A stretch of DNA of 64,000 nt from Candidatus Poribacteria bacterium (GTDB lineage Bacteria; Poribacteria; WGA-4E; PCPOR2b), in contig OZ240245.1 in assembly GCA_965198175.1 (NCBI GenBank), positions 2,240,001-2,304,000 of the forward strand. The letters run 5' to 3'. Positions 1-10,614 of the stretch are shown here, piece after piece; the stretch's first letter is position 1; each line of letters starts with the position of its first letter. A program made the position numbers and the translations under genes. The notes beneath the pieces were generated by a model. The model was given only the letters and a program-made list of their open reading frames with translations. It ran no database searches and was not told the origin of the DNA.

Positions 1-1963
1 GCGGATATAGGTTGATGATTTCCGCACACTGCTTTAATGCTTTTTCCGTTTGTCCGCTCAAGTATGTATGTAATGCTTTGACGTAACGCTTGAGTGGTTC
101 GAGACTAAAATCTGAATTGGACTGGATTAGGACGATTCGATCCAGCGCATCGTTGCTCACGGGATGGGACGTGGCAACTTCCAGCAAACTATTGTACGTT
201 GCAACTGCATCCTCAAAATGTTCCTGAAAAAGATATGAGTCGCCAATCAACCTTTGGGCTTCAGCCTTGAATATGCCATGCGTCTCGGCAATTGGATGCA
301 GCATATTTTGAGCCAGCACATACTGTTCCTGTAGAATTTGGCATTCTGCCAAACGCAGTCGAACTTCCACCTGTTGAGCTGGTGTCAGAGGTTGATTGAC
401 TAACGATTGGTAGGTGCGCATTGCCGCCTTAATATCACGGATACCATGCAGCCATACATGTCCTAACAGGATTTGTGTGGTTGCATCCTCATGTCGCTGT
501 GTCATCTGGGTCAAAACGACAAGTGCATCCTGCCAGTGTCCCATCTGCTCGTAGAGCCGCGCCAACTTCATCCTTGAGGTCCAGGCCAAAAGACTATCGG
601 GAAAAAGCGCAATAATCGCTTCGTAATAGTCACGGGCTTTTGGATGTTTTTGGCGTTCCAGAATATGTGCGTAGTTCTCTAAGAATCGTCCGCGATCCGG
701 TGGATAAAGCTGTCGCATTCGGGTAAAGTTTTCAAGCGCTAAATCCAAACGCCCCTGATGAAAGTAAATCTCGCCCAATGCTAAAACTAGCTTCGGATTC
801 TGAGGATTTTTCTGGAGATCCTCTTGTATGTGAGCAGCGATCTTCGCAAACAGATGTTCCCGTTGTTCCCCTTCATAAATTTCGGCGATGCTCTTAATAA
901 GTGTGTCACGTCCACTATACCCAATATCGACTGCGTTCAACGCCCGTAGATAAGTGCTGATTGCATTATCGATTTGGTCTTGAATTTTGTACACATCAGC
1001 AAGCTTGGTATAGAGAGAAACGCTTTTTGGGTTGAGTTTCAGAGCGGTCTGATATGCTTGAATCGCCTCATCATACATCTGATGAGAAGTATAAATCTCA
1101 CCGAGTTGTTGGTATCGCTGGGATTGGTTCGGACCATTCGTGATGATTTTCGACCACTCGTGAATTGCTTGATTGTGCTCACCGCGTTCAGCGTGTAACT
1201 CGCCGATTTTTTTTATGAGGCTAGTATCATTCGCATTTCGCTCAAGGGCCGCATGGTAAAGGCTTAACGCTTCACTATGTTTCCCCTGTTGCCTGTAGAG
1301 GTCAGCTAGTTGCTCCATCAGATCTGTGTCGTCAGGGTTTTGTCGGAGATAATCCTGGAGTAGTTCATGTGCTTTGTCGTGTTGGTGTCGAGCGAGGTAT
1401 AGCCGAACGAGACTGTGCAGTGCACTGACATGGTAGACTGAATTCGGATAATCCTCCAGAAATTCGCGGAGATTTTGAATTGCCTTATCGTGCATGCCAC
1501 CTGAATTTAAATACTGGGCGATTAGATAACGCGCTATTTCTGCTACGGGAGTTTTCGGGTATTTTTCTACAAGTTGCTTGCAACTGCGGATTGCCTGTTT
1601 GTATTGATACCGTTGAATATAGAGATTCCCAATTTGGTGGACCGCTTGGCTCGCATATGAACCGCTTGGACTATCATCAATAATGGCACGGAAAGTTTGG
1701 GTGGCAAGGGCATCCTCACCTAGCTGAGCATAGCAGCGCGCCATATTCATGCGGATTGCATCTCTCGTGTTCTGACGCAGTGATGTTTTCAAGAGGGCCT
1801 GATACGACGTAATCGCCTCTGAATATTTCCGAGTGTAGAAGAGGTCGTGAGCAGACTGAACCGCCTCGACATCTTCTTGGACATCTTGATTTTGAGCAGA
1901 GATTGTCAGCGGAATTAGTACAGATAGGATAAATTGGGCGCAAATCAACAAACTTCGAGTCAA
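1..1963 (-). CDS. Secreted TPR-repeat protein, 3'-truncated by window edge
   Basis: Not in the ORF track because it has no stop in the window. Manual translation from TTG at 1963 (AAGGAGG RBS) down to about 1260 is open: signal peptide MTRSLLICAQFILSVLIPLTISAQ, then TPR-like helices (e.g. HDKAHELLQDYLRQNPDDTDLMEQLADLYRQQGKHSEAL). Confidence 0.8.
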   Translation of the reverse strand, partial: MTRSLLICAQFILSVLIPLTISAQNQDVQEDVEAVQSAHDLFYTRKYSEAITSYQALLKTSLRQNTRDAIRMNMARCYAQLGEDALATQTFRAIIDDSPSGSYASQAVHQIGNLYIQRYQYKQAIRSCKQLVEKYPKTPVAEIARYLIAQYLNSGGMHDKAIQNLREFLEDYPNSVYHVSALHSLVRLYLARHQHDKAHELLQDYLRQNPDDTDLMEQLADLYRQQGKHSEALSLYHAALERNANDTSLIKKIGELHAERGEHNQAIHEWSKIITNGPNQSQRYQQLGEIYTSHQMYDEAIQAYQTALKLNPKSVSLYTKLADVYKIQDQIDNAISTYLRALNAVDIGYSGRDTLIKSIAEIYEGEQREHLFAKIAAHIQEDLQKNPQNPKLVLALGEIYFHQGRLDLALENFTRMRQLYPPDRGRFLENYAHILERQKHPKARDYYEAIIALFPDSLLAWTSRMKLARLYEQMGHWQDALVVLTQMTQRHEDATTQILLGHVWLHGIRDIKAAMRTYQSLVNQPLTPAQQVEVRLRLAECQILQEQYVLAQNMLHPIAETHGIFKAEAQRLIGDSYLFQEHFEDAVATYNSLLEVATSHPVSNDALDRIVLIQSNSDFSLEPLKRYVKALHTYLSGQTEKALKQCAEIINLYP

Positions 1964-2072
1964 CGAATTCCTCCTTGAGTTGACATCTATTCCCGGCTGT
2001 TGAATAAAAATTCGGGGTCAATCCTGCTGAGATACAGCCGTTATGGAAAATTCCCTCTCAGAAAGCGATGTT

Positions 2073-3038
2073 TCATGTTCCACGTAGCAGTTTCAAAACC
2101 ATGACTTCTAAAGCCAACGTTGCGTTGACGTTGCGTTTGAGCAAATCCTTGGTTTCAAATATTGTTTTGATTGCTGTTTGCAATGTCATCCGTGAATAAC
2201 GTGGAGTCAGTTGTTTGAGGCTTTCCGCGTGATAGATATGAGTCAATGAATCAACCGAGGCACCCTGATGCAGCAGTAACAAATCTCGATACCAGGTTAC
2301 CAAGTGGTCAAGCGCTTCCTGATTCTGACTCAATTTCTCAGCAATCCGGAATGCCGCCAATCGATTGCTAGTTTCGATAATCTCCGGGATTTTTTCTTGA
2401 GAAATGTCTCCATCTCCTCGAAGTTGGGTCAACGCTTTGCCAACTGCGCCACTTGATTGGGTGGCAATCAAAATCGCTTTGCGTTCTTCAAGGTGGAATT
2501 GTTGAATCAGATATGCTGCAAGTTCAGGAATCGGAAGTGGATGGAAGTCAATAATCTGACAGCGGGATCGAATTGTTGGCAATAGCGCATTGAGATTTGT
2601 GGTAATCAGCACTAAAACCGATGCCCCTGGTGGTTCTTCGAGGGTTTTAAGTAAGCAGTTCGCCGCTTCCAGATTCATGCAATCTACTTCAGTTAAGATA
2701 TAGACTTTTCGCTTTCCCTCAAGCGGTTGGTAAACAATCCATTTTTGCAATTCGCGGATCTGATCTATCTTGATCCACGCGCCCGATGGATGGATCAGTT
2801 GCACATCTGGATGGTTCCCATTATCGATTTTACGACAAGACAAACAAGTGTTACACGATCCCTTTTCCGATGCCGTGCAGTTGATTGATTTCGCAAAATG
2901 GAGGGCGACAGTTTCTTTTCCGATATTTGCTGGTCCTGCGAAAAGATATGCCCCCGCTACGCGATTCGATTCAATGGCATGGAGTAACTGTTCGACAATC
3001 TGTTCGTGTCCGATGATAGGTTGTTCCATAAGCGGCAT
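2073..3038 (-). CDS. holB: DNA polymerase III subunit delta-prime
   Basis: AYLFAGPANIGK, C4 zinc motif CNTCLSC, HPDV, AANCLLKTLEEP, LPTIRSRC; follows tmk. Confidence 0.95.
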   Translation of the reverse strand: MPLMEQPIIGHEQIVEQLLHAIESNRVAGAYLFAGPANIGKETVALHFAKSINCTASEKGSCNTCLSCRKIDNGNHPDVQLIHPSGAWIKIDQIRELQKWIVYQPLEGKRKVYILTEVDCMNLEAANCLLKTLEEPPGASVLVLITTNLNALLPTIRSRCQIIDFHPLPIPELAAYLIQQFHLEERKAILIATQSSGAVGKALTQLRGDGDISQEKIPEIIETSNRLAAFRIAEKLSQNQEALDHLVTWYRDLLLLHQGASVDSLTHIYHAESLKQLTPRYSRMTLQTAIKTIFETKDLLKRNVNATLALEVMVLKLLRGT

Positions 3039-3055
3039 GTCAGTGGAACGTAATC

Positions 3056-3709
3056 TTACAGTTTACGTTCCATCCCCCTCGTTCGTAGTAGGTCATCCAC
3101 ATCTGACTTAATCAATTCATGTATACTATCCACGTTTGCCATGTCATCAATAATCTTAATGCGATCGGGTTCTTGGCTTGCGATAGCAAGATAGGCTTCC
3201 CGGACACGATTGTGAGATTTCAAATCTTCTAGATCTAAGCGATTCATTGCACTCTGTCTTTGTCGCACACGTTGCAAGCCGATTTCTACCGGCAAATCTA
3301 AGACAAAGGTGCAATCTGGTGACAAGCCATCTGTCGAAATCCGATTCAGATGACGAATCAAATCCAAATCCAATCCGCACCGATAGCCTTGATAGACAAC
3401 CGTTGAGTCCGAAAATCGATCGGAGATAACAATCTTCCCATCCTGCAGAGCGGGCAAGATAACCTCTGAGACATGTTGTGCTCGCGCAGCAGCAATCAGC
3501 AGCAACTCCGTCGTCGATACCATTTCATTGTGATTAGGATTCAGAAAGATATTGCGGATTTGCTCTGAGATGGGTGTCCCGCCCGGCTCACGTGTAACGC
3601 ATACGGTATAGCCTGCTTCCGTGAGAACCGCCGACAAACGTTGAGTTTGTGTCGTTTTCCCTGAACCCTCCACACCCTCAAATGTGATAAGAAGTCCGTG
3701 TTGCGCCAC
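3056..3709 (-). CDS. tmk: Thymidylate kinase
   Basis: ITFEGVEGSGKTT P-loop, TREPGG, ISDRF..S..YQG. Confidence 0.97.
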   Translation of the reverse strand: MAQHGLLITFEGVEGSGKTTQTQRLSAVLTEAGYTVCVTREPGGTPISEQIRNIFLNPNHNEMVSTTELLLIAAARAQHVSEVILPALQDGKIVISDRFSDSTVVYQGYRCGLDLDLIRHLNRISTDGLSPDCTFVLDLPVEIGLQRVRQRQSAMNRLDLEDLKSHNRVREAYLAIASQEPDRIKIIDDMANVDSIHELIKSDVDDLLRTRGMERKL

Positions 3710-3997
3710 AGTTCCCTTAGTTTCTAATTTTGAATGATTGTGCAGAACTTGTAATTTGTCAGAATTTAGAACAGTGAGAAGGAGAGACGCTAAATTTTAC
3801 TTGCAATACTGTTGGCTGGCTTAATGGGGAAGATTGGGCTGAAAAGATTTAAGACTGACCCTATGTCGGCGACTATCTGAACAATCACCCGGCTGCGCCG
3901 TTTCGATCGGCGTAACGTGAATGGAGGTGGCTAGTTAACGTATATTCGTGGAGTGTGATGTTGGCGATTGATCAGTTGTCGATTCGGATTTTCGAAC

Positions 3998-4906
3998 CTA
4001 AAACTGTACCGATTTCTGGAGTTCAGAGAAGCGATGATTTATTTCTGAGTGCGTCAGGATGCGTTGACGATTTAGACTGAAATCTTCGACGTTGAATGAA
4101 GCGATGACCGTCCCATAGATCATGGCTTTGCGAATTGTCTCTTCCGTCGTATCACCGGTAGACGCTAGGTAGCCTAAGAATCCACCGGCAAAACAATCGC
4201 CGGCACCGGTTGGATCTGACACGCTTTCCAGCGGATAAGCCGGCGCGGAAAAGAAAGTGGAATCCGTCAAAGAAATCGCCCCGTGTTCACCCTTTTTGAT
4301 AATTACTCGATACGGTCCATAAGTGAGGATTGCCTTCGCTGCACGAATAAGATTGCTTTCCTCCGTTAAAAGACGGGCTTCACTATCGTTGATAATCAGT
4401 AAATCCACCTTGCTCAGGGTTTGCATAAGTGCATTGCGGCTGTCATTAATCCAGAGATTCATTGTATCGCAAACAATTAACTTTGCATTCGTTGTTTGCT
4501 GAAGGACGCTTAGCTGTAGTTCAGGATTGATATTCGCCAAAAAAACGTAGGGGGTATTTTTATAACTCGCTGGCAACTTCGGATTAAAGTCGCCATAGAC
4601 ATTCAAATTTGTGAACAGTGTCATTGCTGCGTTGAGATCGTCAGTATAACGCCCGCCCCAACGGAAAGTTCTGCCGCCTTGAATCTGCTCCAATCCCTCT
4701 ATATCAATTCCGCGTGTTTCAAGTAAGTGTAGATGTTCCTGAGGGAAATCATCACCGATAACCGCAACCAAGCGAATTGCATTGTAGAAGAAACTCGCTG
4801 CCATAGAAAAATAGACTGCCGATCCGCCGAGTGCGTTTTGGACATGACCGACGGATGTTTCAACTGAATCCAATCCAACCGATCCAACTACGAGAATACT
4901 CATCAA
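3998..4906 (-). CDS. PfkB-family carbohydrate/nucleoside kinase (possibly adenosine kinase given metK-ahcY context)
   Basis: GGSAVY N-terminal motif and DPTGAGDCF C-terminal PfkB signature. Confidence 0.85.
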   Translation of the reverse strand: MMSILVVGSVGLDSVETSVGHVQNALGGSAVYFSMAASFFYNAIRLVAVIGDDFPQEHLHLLETRGIDIEGLEQIQGGRTFRWGGRYTDDLNAAMTLFTNLNVYGDFNPKLPASYKNTPYVFLANINPELQLSVLQQTTNAKLIVCDTMNLWINDSRNALMQTLSKVDLLIINDSEARLLTEESNLIRAAKAILTYGPYRVIIKKGEHGAISLTDSTFFSAPAYPLESVSDPTGAGDCFAGGFLGYLASTGDTTEETIRKAMIYGTVIASFNVEDFSLNRQRILTHSEINHRFSELQKSVQF

Positions 4907-4984
4907 TCAACCTCTGAAATCGGCTTGGTACTTTGTTTATAACTTCTAAGTGTACGGAAGCCTCGAAATCCTGAAAGGGAAAGT

Positions 4985-5203
4985 TCATCGACGGTTTTTG
5001 TTGCGCGGTGCATACACGACGCGACGAACACGCCGAACGAGGATAACCACGAGAATCACCAACAAAACGCCCTGGAAGATTTGACCCCACTTAGATATGC
5101 TCTCAGGTAATCGTGACGGATCGGATTGCAACAACCAGATTGGCAACAGTAAAATCGCTGCCAGAAGCAGTGTAATACTTTCCCATAGCTCTGATTTCTT
5201 CAA
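4985..5203 (-). CDS. Small two-TM membrane protein
   Basis: Two hydrophobic segments, basic C-terminus, AAAGGG RBS, lies within the metK-ahcY-pfkB operon. Confidence 0.6.
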   Translation of the reverse strand: MKKSELWESITLLLAAILLLPIWLLQSDPSRLPESISKWGQIFQGVLLVILVVILVRRVRRVVYAPRNKNRR

Positions 5204-5246
5204 CGATTGATACCCTTTCTCGCAAGTTATACTCTTGACTCCATTT

Positions 5247-6530
5247 TCAAGTGCCCATTGTCCAGGAATTGAGATATACTTGCTGCTCTTTTGTCAACTC
5301 ATCAATTGCAACCCCGATTGCTTGCAATTTCATTTGGGCGACGGAAGCATCGAGTTTCGGCGGGACGAGATAAACTCGGTTTTCCATTTGCGAACCGTTC
5401 TTGACAATGTGCTCGGCAGACAAAGCCTGATTAGCAAAACTCATATCCATGACACTCGCGGGATGACCTTCAGCCGAGGTTAGATTGATTAAGCGTCCTT
5501 CACCAAGCAGATAGAGCTTACGCCCATCCTTTAAAGTATATTCCTCGACAAACTCACGCGCAGTTCTCACCTCGACGCTAAAATCTTTAAGTGCGGGGAT
5601 ATCAATCTCAACGTTGAAGTGTCCCGAGTTACAAATAATCGCACCATCCTTCATTACCTCAAAATGTTCTCGGCGTAGTACGTGAATATCTCCTGTCAGT
5701 GTAACAACGAGATCTGCCTCCACAGCCGCGTCAATCATCGGCATGACGCGGAAACCATCCATGACCGCTTCTAATGCACTCAATGGATCAACCTCTGTGA
5801 CAATGACGTTCGCTCCTAGTCCGCGCACCCTGTTAGCAAACCCACGTCCACACCAACCGTACCCAACAACAACGACGGTTGTTCCAGCGATTAACAAATT
5901 GGTCGCTCGCATAATTCCGTCCAACGTGCTTTGACCTGTGCCGTAACGATTGTCGAAGAAGTGTTTGGTCTTGGCGTCATTGACGGCGATGATCGGATAA
6001 CGAAGAACACCTTCGGCAGCCATGCTTTTGAGCCGGATCACCCCAGTTGTCGTTTCCTCTGTTCCCGCAATCACCTTTTCGACATAAGCGGAATTCGTGT
6101 TTTCTGAATGGAGTTGAGAAACCAAATCGGCGCCATCATCCATCGTGATTAACGGCTGAAAATTTACGGCTGCATCAAGATGTTGGTAGTAGGTTTCATT
6201 GTCCTCGCCTTTAATTGCAAAGACAGATATACCCTCATGTGTGACGAGCGATGCAGCGACATCATCTTGGGTGCTCAAAGGGTTTGAGGCGCACAGAGCA
6301 ATTTCTGCACCACCGGCTTTCAAAGCCCGCATGAGGTTAGCGGTCTCTGTTGTGACATGCAAACAAGCAGAAAGTCGAACCCCGTCCAATGGACGTTCCG
6401 TAGCAAACCGCTCACGGATTAAACGGACAACCGGCATAAAGCGTTCCGCCCAATCAATCCTCCGCTTCCCTTCGGCTGCAAGATTTACGTTTCTGATATC
6501 GAAATTCATTTCCCCTCCATTAGACTCCAA
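5247..6530 (-). CDS. ahcY: Adenosylhomocysteinase
   Basis: [60 protein letters not shown]. Confidence 0.98.
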   Translation of the reverse strand: MESNGGEMNFDIRNVNLAAEGKRRIDWAERFMPVVRLIRERFATERPLDGVRLSACLHVTTETANLMRALKAGGAEIALCASNPLSTQDDVAASLVTHEGISVFAIKGEDNETYYQHLDAAVNFQPLITMDDGADLVSQLHSENTNSAYVEKVIAGTEETTTGVIRLKSMAAEGVLRYPIIAVNDAKTKHFFDNRYGTGQSTLDGIMRATNLLIAGTTVVVVGYGWCGRGFANRVRGLGANVIVTEVDPLSALEAVMDGFRVMPMIDAAVEADLVVTLTGDIHVLRREHFEVMKDGAIICNSGHFNVEIDIPALKDFSVEVRTAREFVEEYTLKDGRKLYLLGEGRLINLTSAEGHPASVMDMSFANQALSAEHIVKNGSQMENRVYLVPPKLDASVAQMKLQAIGVAIDELTKEQQVYLNSWTMGT

Positions 6531-7665
6531 CCTCAGATCTGAGTAACTCGGTATAATCGGTCAATTCCCATGTGAAACCGGCTTCTTCGCGTCCGAAATG
6601 TCCATAAGCCGCCGTCTTAAAGTAAATTGGTTCACGTAGATTCAGACGTTCGATGATTCCAGCCGGCGTTAAATCGAAATGTCTTCTCACAAGCTCCGTA
6701 AAATGTTCATCCGGCTTTTTGCCGCTGCCGAAAGTATCAACCATGACCGAAATTGGTTCGACAACTCCAATGGCGTAAGAGATTTGGACTTCACATCGAT
6801 CTGCAAGGCATGCTGCAACGATATTTTTCGCAACATGCCGGGCAGCGTAGCAAGCGCTTCGATCGACTTTCGTTGGATCTTTGCCAGAAAACGCACCACC
6901 ACCGTGGCGTCCCATACCGCCGTAGGTGTCTGCAATAATCTTTCGTCCCGTTAAACCTGCGTCTCCCTGCGGGCCGCCGACGACGAATCGTCCCGTTGGA
7001 TTAACATGGATCTGCATGTCCGCGCCGCGTAGTTGCGGCGGAATCACATGGTGGATAACTTCTCTAACAATGTCGTCTTTCAACTCACAGCGCTCAACAT
7101 CTGGGTGGTGCTGGGCGGAAATGACAACGGTGTGGACATACTCAGGCTTCCCATCAATATACTGAACCGTGACTTGCGACTTTCCATCAGGACGTAGAAA
7201 GCTGAGTATACCTTCATTGCGAACTTCCGCCAATCGTCGCGTCAGTTTATGAGCCAACATGATTGGCATCGGCATCAATTCCGGGGTTTCATTGCAAGCA
7301 TAGCCAAACACCATGCCTTGATCGCCTGCGCCGAGTTGATTGACCCCCATCGCAATATCAGGGGACTGCTCATCAATTGCTGTCAGCACTGCACAGTGCT
7401 CGGAGTCAAACCCGTAATCGGCTTGGCTATAACCAATCTTCCGGATGACTTCTCGGGCGATTGAGGGGATATCAATGTAACTGTGAGAGGTGATTTCACC
7501 TGTGATGAGTGCAAGCCCCGTTGTTACCAAGGTCTCGCATGCAACGCGTCCCTCTGGATCTTCAGCCATAATTGCATCGAGCACTGCATCAGAAATCTGA
7601 TCTGCAATTTTGTCAGGATGTCCTTCAGTTACAGATTCTGATGTGAATAAAAAATTTGAGTTCAA
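6520..7665 (-). CDS. metK: S-adenosylmethionine synthetase (start probably TTG at 7665 after AGGAG; ORF track extends to 7767)
   Basis: [52 protein letters not shown]. Confidence 0.98.
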   Translation of the reverse strand: MNSNFLFTSESVTEGHPDKIADQISDAVLDAIMAEDPEGRVACETLVTTGLALITGEITSHSYIDIPSIAREVIRKIGYSQADYGFDSEHCAVLTAIDEQSPDIAMGVNQLGAGDQGMVFGYACNETPELMPMPIMLAHKLTRRLAEVRNEGILSFLRPDGKSQVTVQYIDGKPEYVHTVVISAQHHPDVERCELKDDIVREVIHHVIPPQLRGADMQIHVNPTGRFVVGGPQGDAGLTGRKIIADTYGGMGRHGGGAFSGKDPTKVDRSACYAARHVAKNIVAACLADRCEVQISYAIGVVEPISVMVDTFGSGKKPDEHFTELVRRHFDLTPAGIIERLNLREPIYFKTAAYGHFGREEAGFTWELTDYTELLRSEVGV

Positions 7666-8256
7666 TTGATTGCTCCTAACCAAATTAGTGGATAGATGTC
7701 TTTTGCATCTTTTCTCCATGAATCGTCTATCTATTTTACACGCTACACTTCCTCTGGTCTTCAACAATAATCGTGTTGTAGATTGGCATGGCTCCCGTTA
7801 GCGTGCCCCAACCAACTTAATTGAATGTTTAGATTTCATCAATGCTGTTCGCCGAAATTCTCTGAAGATTAATCAGTGACTCAGCAAGTTGGGTTATCTA
7901 GGGTCTGGGATAACCGGCACAAAACCACCCGTCCTATCTGCCTAGATCTGAATCTGAAAACGGTAATCGACTTAGATCGAACTCTTCAGGAATGAGAACA
8001 ACTTAGCAGAACAGATGTTTGCCTAAATCCGCGCCAATAATCGGGAGGGAAGTCAGCGGTAAGATTAATATGGAAAGGTATAAAAGCAGCCTTCATTAAC
8101 AATGCTATCATCGCTGGACGCGCAATACAATCGTTTTTATTTCTTACGATATAGGTTCGCACATTGCAGGAAAATTCGCTCTCCTACACAACACGCATTC
8201 AGTTCACACAATCGTAGTAGTTAAGGATTTGGTGGTCACGTATCATTCCGGTTCTG

Positions 8257-10314
8257 TCAATTCTCAGAACTAGACTTATCGAGCTCTTCTCTGAGCAGGA
8301 CACCCAATGTCGTGGTCGGCTCCTCGGTTTCCTTGGGTTCCTCCGGTTCGTGCTGTTGCTGATATTGCGTTACCGTTGCACGTTCTTGCTCCGCGCGTGC
8401 TGCTTTTAGGCTCAGACCGATGCGGCGTTCCGTTGCATCAAGATGAATTACTTTCAGGTCTAGTACCTCGCCGATCGAAACAATATCTTCAGGTTTTTCG
8501 ATTCGATGGTTAGCAAGTTCGGAAATGTGAATCAATCCCTCAATGCCATCTTCAAGCTTCGCGAAAGCGCCGAAATTCGTCAAATTCACAATTTCGCCGC
8601 GTACGTTTGAATCAATTTTGTACTTTTCGGGTACCTGCAACCACGGATCTGGTTCATTCTGCTTAAGGCCTAATGAAACTTTTTGCTCCGCTGGATCTAT
8701 ACTTAAAACCATGACTTCAACTTCATCACCTTCCCTGAGAATCTCACGCGGGTGTACATCTCGTTTGACCCAAGAGAGATCTGTAGTATGAATCAGACCA
8801 TCAACCTCATCTTCAATTTCAACAAAGGCGCCAAAATCTGTCAGGTTTCTCACACGACCAAGAATCTTTGTGCCAATCGGATACTTGGTTTCTAAGAGCT
8901 CCCATGGATTAGACTGGAGTTGCTTTAAGCCAAGGGAGATTCTTTTACTCGCTCTATCAATTTCGAGGACAACTGCCTCAACATTGTCCTCTTTACTGAA
9001 GATTCTCGAAGGTGCAACATTTCGTTTGGTCCAGGACATTTCCGACACATGGATGAGCCCTTCGACCCCTTCTTCGAGCTCTAAGAATGCACCATAGTTG
9101 ACAATATTGACAACTCGCCCTTGAACCGTAGATTCAACCGGGAATTTCTCTTCAACTGTGAGCCATGGATCTGTGGTTTTCTGTTTCAATCCGAGCGAAA
9201 TTTTTTCGCCTTGGTGGTCAATGTCAGTAATCTTCACTTCAATTTCATCGCCAATCGCAACCATTTCAGAGGGGTGATTCACTCTGCTCCACGACATATC
9301 TGTTTTGTGGAGCAATCCATCAATGCCGCCGAGATCGACAAAAGCACCGAAGGACGTAATATTCTTAACTACCCCGGATCGAATCTGTCCAATTTCAAGC
9401 GAGTTCAGCAACTCTGCCTTTTGCGCCGCCAATTCTTCTTCAAGAAGTATACGGCGTGACAAGACAATGTTGCGCCGACGCCTGCTGACCTTAACCACTT
9501 TCATCTCAAGCGTCGTCCCAATGTATTTCCCAAAATTCTGAACAGGGCGTAATTCAATCTGCGAAGCTGGAAGAAACGCACGTAATTTGCCAACCTCGAC
9601 CCGAAGTCCGCCTTTGATGTGTTCTACAACTTTGCCTTCAACGGGCTGCTTTTCTTCGTGGGCTTTGGCGATTTCATCCCAGACAATCTTTTGGTCAGCA
9701 AATTGTTTGGATAAGACGATTTGACCTTCAGCGTCTTCTCTACGGACGATGTAGACATCGATCTCATCGCCAACGCACACAGATGGCAGACCTTCTTCCC
9801 CAATCCCAAATTCTGATGTAGGAATATAACCCTCGGATTTAAAACCGATATCAACCATAATCTCGTCACGATTGACATCGACAACGGTCCCTTTAACGAC
9901 TTCCCCTTCTGTGAAGGCTTTGAGAGAATTATCATACGCTTCTTCAAGCGATTCCATATCCGCAATTTCAGCGTCGGATGCGTCTCTGTCCGCATCCTTG
10001 GACGTTTCTGCCTCCACAAGTTCGATAGAAGGAGGATTGTCAGTTGTTGTAGTAGTTTCGTTGAATTCGTTTCCCTCCGAAGTGTGATCCTCTGCATCGC
10101 TTTCTACAGATGCTTCTTCACTTGCTTGTATGGTTTCTTGCTCAATCGTTTGATCGGTAGAACAACCAGCCTCTTGGTTTTCTACCCCTTCTGACTGCTC
10201 CTGAACTTCAGTCGTGATTACCTCTTCCACTTCAACCGTGGATTTATCAGCATCTACCTGCTCGTTTTTTGAATCATCATTCATCAGATTAGTTGGTTCA
10301 ATCCCAAAACGCAA
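8257..10314 (-). CDS. rpsA: 30S ribosomal protein S1 with long acidic N-terminal extension (start may be ATG 10284)
   Basis: Six S1 domains (VDIGFKSEG, FGAFVDLGGIDGLLH, GLIHVSEMSW, GLIHISEL). Confidence 0.96.
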   Translation of the reverse strand: MRFGIEPTNLMNDDSKNEQVDADKSTVEVEEVITTEVQEQSEGVENQEAGCSTDQTIEQETIQASEEASVESDAEDHTSEGNEFNETTTTTDNPPSIELVEAETSKDADRDASDAEIADMESLEEAYDNSLKAFTEGEVVKGTVVDVNRDEIMVDIGFKSEGYIPTSEFGIGEEGLPSVCVGDEIDVYIVRREDAEGQIVLSKQFADQKIVWDEIAKAHEEKQPVEGKVVEHIKGGLRVEVGKLRAFLPASQIELRPVQNFGKYIGTTLEMKVVKVSRRRRNIVLSRRILLEEELAAQKAELLNSLEIGQIRSGVVKNITSFGAFVDLGGIDGLLHKTDMSWSRVNHPSEMVAIGDEIEVKITDIDHQGEKISLGLKQKTTDPWLTVEEKFPVESTVQGRVVNIVNYGAFLELEEGVEGLIHVSEMSWTKRNVAPSRIFSKEDNVEAVVLEIDRASKRISLGLKQLQSNPWELLETKYPIGTKILGRVRNLTDFGAFVEIEDEVDGLIHTTDLSWVKRDVHPREILREGDEVEVMVLSIDPAEQKVSLGLKQNEPDPWLQVPEKYKIDSNVRGEIVNLTNFGAFAKLEDGIEGLIHISELANHRIEKPEDIVSIGEVLDLKVIHLDATERRIGLSLKAARAEQERATVTQYQQQHEPEEPKETEEPTTTLGVLLREELDKSSSEN

Positions 10315-10562
10315 AACAGCGTTCGATTTGACCCACCAGTCCCTCCTTTTTCCAAGTCACCGTCCTAAATTATTGAACGGTTAAGACATCGGTTCGAATT
10401 TACTGATATAGTATAGCACAAATAAATGCAGAGACGCAACTTCAATCCCAGATTTGTTAGAAATTTCCCTTTGATGCTTACATCTTTCGCATATTATTGA
10501 GTGAATTTCAGATGTTTCTGGTGAGTAGCATTTAGTGGTATGAGCTTGGTTATGCAATTCCC

Positions 10563-10591
10563 TTGACTTCTTTGATAGTCTGATGTATCAT
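10563..10591 (+). promoter_or_regulatory. Sigma70-type promoter
   Basis: TTGACT-N17-TATCAT upstream of 10615 gene. Confidence 0.5.
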
Positions 10592-10614
10592 CGGGCAGTG
10601 CGTTTGGATAAATT

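Noticed and set aside
974..2021. Short ORFs listed in the track at the window start, and similar antisense or alternate-frame ORFs throughout
   Set aside because: They shadow longer, motif-bearing genes, such as the TPR gene at <1-1963.
7666..8256. SAM or SAH riboswitch upstream of metK
   Set aside because: Expected from context, but no SAM-I or SAH consensus segments were recognisable; an Rfam scan would settle it.
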